From Gracilinanus agilis (taxonomy: Eukaryota), in the NCBI RefSeq assembly GCF_016433145.1, contig NC_058132.1:82631194-82695193 (forward strand): DNA of 64,000 nt, given 5' to 3'. The notes under the pieces were generated by a model. The model was not told the origin of the DNA and made no database searches. It saw only the letters and a list, made by a program, of their open reading frames with translations. The translations under genes and the position numbers were made by a program. Positions 25,160 to 37,310 of this stretch are shown here, in pieces; position 1 is the first letter of the stretch; each line of letters starts with the position of its first letter.

Positions 25160-28100
25160 ACTCATTTCTCAATGTGTTTATTTCTAAATACACAAAACAC
25201 AAAAAAAGATTCTCTATGAAACTGAGTCTTTATTTCATGCCACTTTAAAAATAAGTATATAATAAAATACAAATTACTTTAAAACTGTATTGTTCGTACT
25301 TCCTTCTGAAATTATTTCTTTTCTGTGCATTTTATTTGACTTATTTGTATTCATTTTTAAAAGTTCATTTTATTTCCCTGTCTGATTCTTCCCCATTGAG
25401 GATTAAAAAAAGCAACCTTGTAACATATGCATAACAAATAAAACTTATTCCCACATTGAAGATATCTAATAAAAATATGCCTCAATCTGTATCCTGAGTC
25501 CAACACCTTAATATCATGATTCCTTTGGAATATTGATTGGTCATTACCTTGATCATAGTTCTTAAGTCCTAAAGTTGTTTATCTTTACGTTGTAGTTATT
25601 ATTACAAAAATTGTTGTCCTAGTTCTGCTCACTTTATGCTGCCTCAGTTTATAGGTTTTCTCAGGTTTCCCTGAAACCTTTCCCTTTGCCATTTCTTACA
25701 ACCCAATAGTATTCCTTTCTGTTCACATGCCATGATTTGTTTAGCTACCAAACTGGTAGGCTCATTGCCCCCATAAAAAGAGCAGCTATACCTGTTTTGG
25801 AATACATGGATCCTTTTCCTCCTTCTTTGATCTCTTTGGGATATAGGTCTAGTAGTGATTCCCCTGGGTTACAGGATTGTGCATTTTTGTTTTTAAACCT
25901 TTTCCTTCTGCTTTAGTCTTAGTTCTAAGACAGATGAATAGTAAGGACCAGGCAATTGGGGTTAAGTGAGTTATCCAGAGTCACACAACTGGGAAGTATC
26001 TGAGTCCAGATCAGAATCCAGTTCCTCCCAAATCCAGACCTAGCACTCCATCCACAGTGCTACCTAGTTGCCCCTGGTTATGCATTTTTAAAAATGTTAC
26101 AGTAGACTACTTTTTTGGACATTACTATTGGTCACCCCTCCCACTGACATTAAAAACTGAAAGGTGGGAAGAGATCCCTTGTTACAAATAAACATAATTG
26201 CAAAAATTAATCCACATAGTGGCAATGTCCAAAGACATATATCTTTGCACTTTGTGTCCATTAACTCTTATAAGGAGGTGGGTAATAGACTTCATCATAG
26301 ATCCTCTGGAATATGAGTTTGCCATTGCATTGATCAGAGTTAAGTCTTTCAAAGTTATTTTTCTTTACAGTGTTCTTGTCTTTGTACAAATTGTTTTCCT
26401 TGTCCACTTCACTCTGCCTCAGTTCATACTACCCAGGATTCTCTGAAATCATCGTTTTCATCATTTCCTTTCTAGGTTGCACTGCACTCTTATATATGTA
26501 TTTCAGAATTCCTACTCAACTCTGGTGTTTTCATAAGAAATGCTTGAAAGTTCTTTATTCCATTAAAGATCCATTTTCCTCCATGTAAGATAAATTCAAC
26601 TTTGCAGTTATTCTTGGTTGGGAGCCTATTTCTTTCATTTTTTCTTTTTTCATCTTGGGGGTTTTTTGAGGATTTTTTTTTTTTTGGTTGTTTGTTTTTT
26701 GCCTCTTAGAATATGCCAAGTTCTCCTCCCTATTAGAATAGAAGCTTCCAGGCCTTATGTGATCCTAGAGGTTGTTCCTTGGTCCTTGAGCTACTTCTTT
26801 CTGGATGTTAATAATATTTTTTCTTTGCTATAACAGCTCTGGATTTTGGCTTTGACATTTCTGGGACTTTTCCTTTGTGAAGTTTTTTATTGGGAGTTTT
26901 TTGTTGTTTTTGTTTTTGTTATGATTTTTTTTTTTCAGGAGGTGGATCTGTCTTTACTCTGCCTTCTGGACTAATGAATCTGTGCAATTTTTACTTAAAA
27001 TTTCTTGAAATAGTGTTGAGGCATTTTTACTTTTTTTTTATTAATCAAGGTTTTCAGGGAGTCTAATCATTTCTCTTTGGCCAGTTTCCCAAGTTGCTGT
27101 GCTTATTATCTTTTATATTTTCTTCAGTTTTTTAATCTTTTGATTTTGTTCCAGTATTTCTTACTATACAGTCATTGATTTCAGTTTGCTCTATTCTGCT
27201 ATTTCTCAGGTAAGATCTGCTACTTTCTCTTTTAAGTGATTTCATTTGTTTCAATTCTTTTCTTTAGAGCATTTATTTAATTTTTTTCATCTCTTGCTTT
27301 ATTTTTTTTTCCTAGGTATCATATAGGCCTTGTAGAAAATCCATATTTTCCTTTGAGTCTCCATTTGCATTTATTACAAGGTTACTTGTTTTTTGGAAGA
27401 TTTCTAGATTTGTAATAATTTTTTACTCTGGTTAGTATTTTTTATTTATTACTCTTTCCATCTTTGTTTCCTGAGTTGGAGCTTTGTGCCAGGGTCACTA
27501 TACCTGCTTACTGAGCTTTTGGGTAGCGTAGTTGGCTAAGCTTTGTCTTTCATTTCTTTCTATAGGTTCTTGACCTGACCATCACATCCCAGAGATAGGC
27601 CTTTCCTGAATCTTTCAGGCTCACTGTTGGATCTTCACAGTGCTCTGTGATGTCTGGGGACATAATATAAGGGCCACCAGGCCCTCATTGGTGAAGCTGT
27701 GGCATGTGTGCACAGCTGGCACTAGGGGAGCTGCTCCATTCCCCCTCTTCCCAGTGCCAGAGGACATTTTTTGCATGCTCCACCTCTCTGTCCAGCTGCC
27801 CAAAGCAAGCACTTTATCCCTCAACTCTCTCCATTAATGTGGGGGCTCACAGACAGCTTGAATTTGCCCTTTGGGTGCTTGAACTGGGAAAAGTTTCATC
27901 AACCCTGCACTAGGCCTAGATTGTCTTGTAACGAATACTGCAGGTGTTTAATGCCTTTGTACTCCTTTACTTCCAAGATTTCTCATCTTAGAGCTTGCTA
28001 AATAACCAGGGATTTTTCTCAGAGGAGCCTTTTATGCTTGCTTTCTCTGGACATGTTAGACTATAAATAACTTGTTTCTGGTTTTACTGGGAAGTTGTTG

Positions 28101-28310
28101 ACCATTACTTTGCTTATATCAGTTCCCTCTCTTATTGCTGTGAACTTCTGGCTAACTTTTTTTTCCTTCCAGTTTTGGTATGGAAGAAACCATTGTAGTT
28201 TCTTACTGAATTTTGTTATGGAGGGAAGTCAGGGTCTTACTGGAGTTGATATTTGAGAGTCAGGTGGTCTGCTTCCTGCTTAGGCAGCCATCTTGTCGAG
28301 ATATTCTGGA
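25160..28310 (-). mobile_element. Old, decayed L1/HAL1-like remnants (5' end near 28300, ORF1 remnants, 3' UTR pieces)
   Basis: Minus-strand aagatggc 5' start at about 28290; ORF1 C-terminal-like sequence at 26500-26900; L1 3' UTR-like sequence at 25300-26480. Confidence 0.55.
25885..26075 (-). mobile_element. SINE1, older copy
   Basis: Reverse SINE1 head (...ctacctagttgcccct) and core. Confidence 0.75.
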
Positions 28311-30811
28311 TGATAACTTGTTGAAAATATGCAGAAAGAATTCTTATTCTGGTCAGAATTGGATTATATGCCTTCTTCCAGCTCTGAAATTCCAAGATCC
28401 TTCAGAGAATTAGTGTCACAATTAGAACCCAAGTCTAAAGGCCAGTGATTTTTCAATTTTATTAGAGATCTTCATGTAAGTATTGGGGGACCCAGCTGGC
28501 ATTTATCCCATTATTTTACCTCAGAAAGGTAACTGCCTCTCCCAGAATACTCATTCAGTACTATAGCTAATATTATACAGTATTTGAAAGTTTGCAAAGT
28601 GCTTTCAAGACAATATTTCATGTTAGAAATGCTCAGCTGAAGTAGTATGGAAGCAAGTTATTAAAACTCAGTTCTGTGGGTAGACTTTAGATCAGCCCTT
28701 TAAGTGTATTTGGTCCAGTTGAAGACTGTTTTGTGACATTTTCCTCTTGTTAAAAGCTTTTTTCTGAATGCTTGTCGTGGTGATTCAGATTACATATTGT
28801 TTCTGACAATACTAATAAAAAGACCGCAATCATCTATTTTCCCTCTGAGCAGCTTCCCTGGCACCCTCCTTGATTAAAGCCTCCAGTCACAGTGGTATGG
28901 GGTTTCTTTTCACTAGTAATTCTGGGAATCAAACTAAAGTTGCCTCTTCAAAGGGATTAATTAGATTTACCTTTGGTCTGAGAAGAGTCTCCACTTGAAT
29001 TTGGTTCATGAATTCCCTATTTTTCTCTTTTTTTTTTCCTCCAGCTTTTCATTAATTTGGGGTTAGAAACTAGGACTAATCATTTCATTTGTATAGAGAA
29101 TTTGCAAGTGAGGAAACTCCCTTTTCCAATGCATTTGGGCACCTTCTCTGCTACTCATGGTCTTAGAGAATTGGCTAGAGCAATAAAATTTTGTGTGACT
29201 TGTGAAGGGTCACAAACTCTGTGTCAGAGGCAGAATTTGAACACAGGTTTTCCCAGCCTCAAGGCTGGTGCATTATCCAATTGCCACACTGTTTTAAATA
29301 ACTTAGATAATTTCAAATTTCTAGAATTTTTTCTTCTTCCTTGGAATTGTTTCTGAGCTGATCTGTTTGCGAAGCCTGTATCCTAACCCAGGTTCACTGT
29401 TTACAAATCCAGAGCCTTTAGTCCCTGCCCTCACAAAATTTATTGCTCATAATGCAGTACAAGACAGACTGTAATTTAGTACTAAATTGTGTGGTACAGA
29501 TGCTAATGAATGTTACAGATGTGCAGAGGAGGGAGGAGAGAGAGATCATTTAGGGCTGGACTAGTCAAGGAGAGCCTCATAGATGAGAATAGGACTTGAG
29601 CTGAACCTAGAGCATATCCAGTTTACAAATGCAATAGATTGAAGTGATTGGATAAAACCAGATTAGTGTTAAGTTCCGGGAGATATAACTCAAGATGCAA
29701 ATAATAATAGTTAATGCGTAACTATGATGGGCGTTATAGTAAGTACTTTACAAATATCTCATTTGAGCCTCATAACAAGTAGGTACTATTATTATTCCCA
29801 TTTTACATTTGAGGTAGTGGAGGCAAACTGTGATTAAGTGATTTACATTCAAGATCATTCAGCTATTGAGTGTCTTGAAGCTGGATTTGAAATTGAGGCT
29901 TATATCAGGCCTAGAACTTCACCCCCTGAGATCCTTTGCTGCTTCCACATGTATCACCATATCGGAATGCCTGAATCTATATTTATAGCATGTCTACCAG
30001 CATTTTACTGTAAAATTTCCTATTTTAGCTTTTAGACTCCATGATTTAAGGAAGTTATTTTTTTCTCTTAATTGAAGTTGCTATTATCTTGCTCTAGAGA
30101 AGGAAGTCATCTGCTTTTCTGAATCCTTTACATGGATAGAGATGAAGTTTTGAGATCTGCAGTCCATTGTGTTTAATAAATATTTATTGAGATTTTGCTA
30201 CTTACATGATTGTGGAAGATACAAAGATTAATTCTATATCGTTTCTATCTTCAAAGAGCAGCCTTTAGACAGATACAGAATTAAATACAGTTCAAGATAG
30301 AATGTGATATATGCAGTGAGAGGTACAAACAAAATGTTTAGGACTATAAAGTAAGAAGAGATCACTTCTGGCTGGCAGGGAGAGGAAGAAAGATGGGGTT
30401 TACATAAGACTTTATGGAAGATATGATGTTTGAGCTGGATTTTGAAGAATAGCAATTGGACAGGGGATATGGGGCTTTAGGAATTGGGGGAGGTAGTGAC
30501 ATTCTAGATAGAAAGAATGAAGAATTCAGGACATGTCTAAAGAATATTGAAAAGTTCAGTTTAGCAGTATATACATATGAGAAAGAATATTTCCAGGAGG
30601 TAAATGTTTCGGGGGAAGGGGATGGCAGGGATTGAGGCTAACTTAAATTCAGGGTCCCGGGATGGCCTTTTATTCCTATTGAAAAGATGCAGTGTTTCAG
30701 AAGTGGATCCATTTTGTTCCACCAGTAAAGAGAGCATCTCCAGGTGACATTTTATCTGTATTGTTCCCCTCTTTTATGTGTCCACTAGGCACTGATTAAG
30801 AGTGCAGTAGA

Positions 30812-31024
30812 GGGGGCAGCTGGGTAGCTCAGTGGATTGAGAGCCAGGCCTAGAGACGGGAGGTCCTAGGTTCAAATCCGGCCTCAGACACTTCCCAGCT
30901 GTGGGACCCTGGGCAAGTCACTTGACCCCTATTGTCTACCCTTACCACTCTTCCACCTATAAGTCAATACACACAGAAGTTAAGGGTTTAAAATAAAAAA
31001 AAAAATTATAAAAAAAAAAAAAAA
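30812..31024 (+). mobile_element. Very young SINE1 with 14-bp TSD and long A-tail
   Basis: AAGAGTGCAGTAGA at 30798-30811 and 31025-31038; CpGs retained. Confidence 0.95.
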
Positions 31025-32752
31025 AAGAGTGCAGTAGATAGATAACTAATGGGATGTATTAGAACTGTGAGCCTTGAACAGCAGCTTTCTCCTGCCAAAG
31101 TGTCCTATTTTCCTGACTACATTGCAGTAGGAGAAGGTGATAAATTATTAATTCTAAATCTCTCTCTAGATTGTTCGAATAATGATTTGAGTGCATGGTA
31201 GCTGGGGGAAAAGTACTGGGTAAAGTTCTCTGGCTGTTAATACAAACCGTCACTTTGTTACTGTAACCTTTTGGATTCTGAAATCCAACTAGCTTTGAAC
31301 AAGACCATGAGATTATGTTATCCCACAATTTCAATGAGCTGTGTAAATTTTAATGTTTGGATAAGGAGGGGAAGGATGGGAGACGTGGGGGGGGGAGGGA
31401 AAGGGAGGGAATATGGAATCCACTTGAAGGGGCAGACTACTGAGATTCCTTAAAGCAAACCAGAAGCCCTGGCAGTCTGCCTTTTTCACAGAAAGCAAAT
31501 CACTGTCTCTTGTTGAAGCACTCTTCAAAAAAGCTGATCCTGTTATCCTGTTAAGTTCTTTACTGTAGTTACCGTGGAAAATTCTAATTTGGGTTTGGTT
31601 TCATTTTTTGGCCTTATGAGACACTGTTCAAACATATGCCTGTTTCTTTCTTTGGGCCATAGTGAAAATGGGTGAGAGAAATAGTATAATTGGGTAACAA
31701 ACCCAGTTCAGTTTTAGGACTGCCTCAAACTGATGATCCTTGATAGTTCCTCAGGAGAGAATGTAATAAGTTAGCAGTAGAGTTTGTTAAATCAAACTAA
31801 TCAAGGAACTCCAAAGAGTTTTTGGCTTACTTTACTGACATTCTTACATATCTTTATCTCCTAAATAAAACCACTTCCCATTCCAGGATACTGGGTGAGG
31901 CTGGCCGAATGTTATTCTCACCTTCAGAAGTGTAGGGTTAATATCTATACCTGAATTTGAAAATGATGATAATTAGAGAACTGGGAATAAAATAGTGAAC
32001 AGCTTTGGGTTTCAAGGCCCTGGATTTGAATTCTCTTTGGTCCTTTATATAGCCTTTTATGAAAAAGTAATTCCTGTTAACTTAGATCTGCTGCTGTTTT
32101 TAGTTTCAATTAATACTGGGTGTCAGAAAAAAAAGATTTTTTTAAAAAGAATTATTGTGGAACACCTGTTCACTGAGTGAAATGAAAATCAACCCCCTGG
32201 CTTGGTGAACTTCTTATCCTTCCCAAGAAGATTCTAGCAGATTTGTAGACTCTGCTAATCTCTCATTCTGGTCTGTCGATTTGGAATCATAGTCCCCACA
32301 TTCTATAAAGTGTAATCAGGTCAAATGTGCCCTTGAGGCAAACAGCCTGCCTCTTTGCCTGGTCTGGGCAAGTAGGTTTCTACTAATACAGCCTGACAGG
32401 GATGAAGCTGGTTAAAGCCCATGACTTGGCCTTAGTTCAATGTTTCAGCATTTTTCTGTAAATAGAATATGTCAATAGAGAGAATAATTGCTATCTGGTT
32501 GCTTTTCTTTCCTCCCAAAGGAGATCTGCCCAGTGCTTCCTGTGTGACCATCAAATTAGCTCTCAGTTGAACTATTTGGAATACTTTTCTCAAGTAGATC
32601 TGCTGCTCATTATGATCCATGGACATTTTATTCATGTAGATATAATTATATTATAAATATAAAATGCCAAAGCTGATAGGGGGCTATGTGTGAGGTATAA
32701 GGAATATACTTGAAGGGATAGACTTCAAAGATTCATTAAAACTACAAGATAT

Positions 32753-32954
32753 AGGGGGCAGCTAGGTGGCTTGGTGGATCAAAAGCCAGGCCTAGCAATG
32801 GGAGGTCCTGGGTTCAAATCTGGCCTCAGACACTTCTTAGCTGTGTGACCCTGGGCAAATCCCCATTGCTTAGCCCTTTACTGCTCTTCTGCCTTAGAAC
32901 TAATATATAGTATTAATTCTAAGACAGAAAGTAAGGGTTTAAAAAAAAAACAGG
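32753..32954 (+). mobile_element. SINE1 with TSD
   Basis: TACAAGATAT at 32743-32752 and 32955-32964. Confidence 0.9.
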
Positions 32955-34043
32955 TACAAGATATCATTCAAACATGAGAGGACAAGTAGCTCTAGAGATA
33001 GAGATGGGGAGATGGTCCTTAGGGGCCTTTGAGTCTAATTCATTTTTTTATGGAGGAGAAACTAAGGCCCACAAAGGTTACATGACTTGCCCAAGGTAAA
33101 TCAAATTGCAGCATTAGCATTTTTGGGGATACTATTTTATTTCCAAATTGAACTAACCTTTGGTTATCTCTTTTTTATTTTAAATTAATAAATGATCTCT
33201 TATATTTTCAGATAATGAGATCAGTGTTTACTATTAATTAAGCTGCAAAGTAGGTTTCTCTTGATTTGGTTTAGTCATTCTTGACATGAAGTAACAAGTC
33301 CAACCTTGAATGTCAGCTTCAGCTCAAAATTTTAAAAAAAAATCTGTCTTTACTGGAAATGGCTCTCCTGTGTGTTTTCATAAGGTTCAGCATTTGTGTG
33401 TTTATCTGAGGGTGACCTGAGTCAGCTGGAGGCTTATGGGAGTGGGTAGGAGGTAATGAGTGAGTCTTAATCAGAAGAGATGAAGCAACCTCACAAAAGG
33501 GAAGTCTGAATAATCTGCATCCTGCTGGGTCTGTCTGTGGCACTTGGCCCTTGGCAATATAGCCCCATGTACTGAAGCTCAGTGCCAAGAGTTCCCTTAG
33601 CCACTTCTGTGTCCCATTTCATTTGGCTCTTAAGTGCTTGGGTTTTTAGAACTGCTCCCAGCCTTGCTCCCCAGAGTGCTGATGGAAGCTACATCTTGGC
33701 ATTCTTTTCTTCGTGGAGTTCAATAATGCGGTGCATTTCAGTGTCATTCCCTCCTTTTAACAGTTAAAGGTGAGGGCCCTGGACCTCTGGAGTTTTGATG
33801 AGTAAGACTACTAGCAGAATTGTAGCTCTTCTGAGGCTGTCATAAAATCTCCTCTCTCTCTTTTATTTAAGATTCATTTTTTTCTTTAACACACTGAACC
33901 TCCTTCCCCAAGCTGTCTTGATGGAGCTCTTTCACCCCCACTCTGGGTATTTCATGTGGGGCTACAACGCTGGCAGCATGGAAACTCACTTTTTCTGGTA
34001 TAGAGAGAAAGCAAGAGTGGATGATCTAGCCCTTTGGAGTACC

Positions 34044-34173
34044 NNNNNNNNNNNNNNNNNNNNNNNNNNNNNNNNNNNNNNNNNNNNNNNNNNNNNNNNN
34101 NNNNNNNNNNNNNNNNNNNNNNNNNNNNNNNNNNNNNNNNNNNNNNNNNNNNNNNNNNNNNNNNNNNNNNNNN
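34044..34173. other. Assembly gap (130 N)
   Basis: Run of N. Confidence 1.
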
Positions 34174-34489
34174 GCTACTTCTGAAGCACCAGACACCATC
34201 CTTATTCCTACTATATAGGTTCTGGAGGACAGGAATGCCAGTTTCCTTGTGGTTGCAGTGAAAGTCCATCTTTCCTGCTTAGTTTTCTTTTCTCTATAAT
34301 GTTGCAAGACCAGCTAGGTTGTAATTTTTACTATCTATTTCTGAAGACAGAATGTGAAAATTACAAGCAGCCTTAAAAGAGCAGTTGTGAAAAAAGATAC
34401 CAGTTACTTATATGTGATGACAGCTCTCTGTTGTCTATATAGATAGAGAGATCTCTTGCCACCGTAGTTTATGCATCCAAAGCATAGTC

Positions 34490-35760
34490 AATTGATAAAT
34501 ATTTATTAGGTTCCTACTCTATATCAGGAATTATGACAAGCTTAGGGATACAAAAAAAGAGACATAAGATGGATGGTCCTTGCCCTCAAGGAGCTCATGA
34601 TCTAATGGGGGAAATAATTAATAGAGGGAAAGTACTAGAATTAAGAGGGGGTTGGGAAAAGCTTCTTATAAAAGTAGAGATTTTAGTTGGGTCTTGAAGG
34701 AAACCAGGAGGCAAAGTTGGGGGTGAGGTGACATGGTTTGGAGCATTCTAGGCATGGGGGACATCCAGAAAAAATATCCAGAGCCTTGTCGTGTTCATAG
34801 AGCAACAATAAGGAGGTCAGGTTGTCATTGGATTAAAAAGTAGTGAGATTCAAGAAGATTGAAAAAGTAGAGGAAGATGAAGGTAGGTTGTAAAGGGTTT
34901 TGAAAGCAAAACTGAAAAAAAATTTTTTTTGATCCTAGAAACGATAGGAAATCACTAGAGTTAATGAGTGGGAGAGTGATGTGGTTGGATCTGCACTTAA
35001 GGAAAATCACCTTGGCAGCTGAATGAGCATTGGATTGGAATGGGAGAGACTTGTAATAGCCAGACCCATCAACAGGCTTTTGCAATAATCTAAGTGTGAG
35101 GTGATGAGGGCCTGCACCAAAATGGTACAGGGTTGAGTATCAGAGAAAAGAAGGGAGTGTATTCAAGAGATCTTGCAAAAATGAAATCAGTAGGCCTTGG
35201 CAACAGATGGAGGTAGAGGGAAAGATGATGGTGAGGAATCAAGGATGGCACCTAGGTTGTAAGCCTGAGAGATGGGGAGGATAATGGTACCCTCGACAGT
35301 AATAGGGAAATTTGAAAGGAGATAAGGTTTGAGGGAAAGATCAGTTTGGTTTTGAACTTAGTGAGTTTAAGATTTTTACTGGACATCCAGTTGGAGATGT
35401 CTGAAAGGCAATTGGAGATGTGAGACTGGAGGTCACCAGAGAGATTTGAGAATTATCAGCATTTTTGTTGTTATTTAGTCATTTCAATCATATTCTTCAT
35501 GACCCCATCTAGTGTTTTCTTGGCAAAGACATTGGAGTGATTTGGCCATTTCTTTCTCCACATCATTTAATAGATGAGAAGCTGAAGCAAACAGGGTTAA
35601 AGTGACTCGCCTATGGTCCTTTGTCAGCAAAGAACTGATGAGATCACCAAGTAGTATAGAGGAAGAAGAGGGTCCAGGACAAAACCCTATAAACACCTGC
35701 AATTAGAAGGCATGATCTGGATGGGGATCCAGCAAAGGAGATAAAGAAAGAGTAGTCTGA
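34490..35760 (-). mobile_element. L2 LINE fragments interrupted by a Mar1 piece (about 35455-35640)
   Basis: Reverse L2 terminus at 34490 plus L2 body; Mar1 tail gttttcttggcaaagacattggagtgatttggccatttc. Confidence 0.7.
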
Positions 35761-36352
35761 TACTCTTCCCAACATCATCTTAATGACTTCTAAGGAGGGG
35801 AAATCCACCATCTCTTGATCCATTCCATTTTTGGAGAGCTCTAATTTTAATAAGTTTTATGGGAATGTAGTTTTGTATCAAGGTCATGGATTTATAAAGG
35901 TCCAAAATCAGTTCCTGTATATTAGAGAGAATTCATGAGCCAGGTCTCAGACCTGACTCCATTCATTTTAGAGATTTCGGCATTATCTTTGTCTTGAGGA
36001 ATGTGATCCTTTCACAGACTGGCTAACAGGTAAGTTCTACAGTGATACTTTTCTGCACCAGTTGAAAACTTCTGTCAGTTTGGGAAAGGGCTGAGGGTCT
36101 GATGGACTACTTCCTAATTAGCTGATTGCCAATTAGAGATATGATGGGATGTTCAAGATGTTAGGAGGAAATTAGAGACAACCTGAGTGTTATCCTACAT
36201 TAAATATATAATTTTCTAATTTCCTCCTAATAAAGGGAGGAACTAAAAAATGAGCACCCAAAAATACATTATAGGTACCTGGGCCAGGAGTTTCCACAAT
36301 TAGGATATCTTGACCGGTCAAAAGATAAATTATTTTAAAATTAAGAAATACT

Positions 36353-36570
36353 GTCGGGGGCAGCTGGGTGACTGAGTGGATTGAGAACCAGGCCCGGAGA
36401 TGGGAGGTCCTGGGTTCAAATGTGGCCTCAGACACTTCCTAGCTGTGTGACCTTGGGCAAGTCACTTGACCCCCATTGCCTAGCCCTTAACCACTCTTCT
36501 GCCTTAGCACCGATACACAGTATTGATTCTAAGACAGAAGGTAAGGGTTATTTAAAAAAGAAAGAAAGAA
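36353..36570 (+). mobile_element. SINE1 with TSD
   Basis: AAGAAATACT at 36343-36352 and 36571-36580. Confidence 0.92.
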
Positions 36571-37124
36571 AAGAAATACTATCTCTTGAGAATTTTCAGT
36601 CACTACACTTTTTTTCCTAACATCAGGCCTAAACTTACCCCTTTTCAACTTCCATCTATTGTTCTTGGTTCTGCCTTCCACAAAACAATTCTAGTTCCTC
36701 TTCCATATGACTAGCCTTCAAATACTTAAAGACTGCTATTATGTCTCTCTGAATCCCTGTGGTAAAGTTTTGGATAGACATGGACAGCAGCATTCCTGTG
36801 GACTACTAAGTCCAGCTGATCACAGATCCATTTGAGTGGAGGTAGTTTATGGAAAATACTAGACTTGGAGCCAGTTTGGTTCCAGTGAGGAAGATACAAA
36901 GTCATAGCACATAGCACATCATAGCACACGATCTCTGTCATCTCAAGCCCTAGATTTATTATCTATGTGGTCTTAACCTCTCTGAGCCTCTTTTCCTCAT
37001 CTAATAAATGAGATTACTCTGTCCATTGCCTATGTCATAAGAAAATTTTGAAGGCCAAGTGAAGTGATACTTCCAAAATACTTTGTAATTTTAAAGTAGC
37101 ATATAAATGTCTGTTTTTGTTGTT

Positions 37125-37310
37125 TGTTTGTTTTTTAACCCTTGCAGAAGAGCAGTATAAGCTAGGTAACTGGGATTAAGGACTTGACCAGGGTCATACA
37201 ACTAGGAATTATCTGAGGCTACATTTGAACCCAGGACCAATTATTATTCAGACTTTGAGCAGAATATTCTCCCTAGCACTAGCAAATACATTTGAATGTA
37301 GGCCTCTATT
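37125..37310 (-). mobile_element. SINE1, degenerate
   Basis: Reverse SINE1 core (gggattaaggacttgaccagggtcatacaactagg). Confidence 0.65.

Noticed and set aside
33770-34320. Unique sequence and ORFs around the N gap, a possible processed pseudogene (AATAAA on the minus strand near 33862)
   Set aside because: No protein or RNA family recognised in any frame, and the gap inflates ORF lengths.
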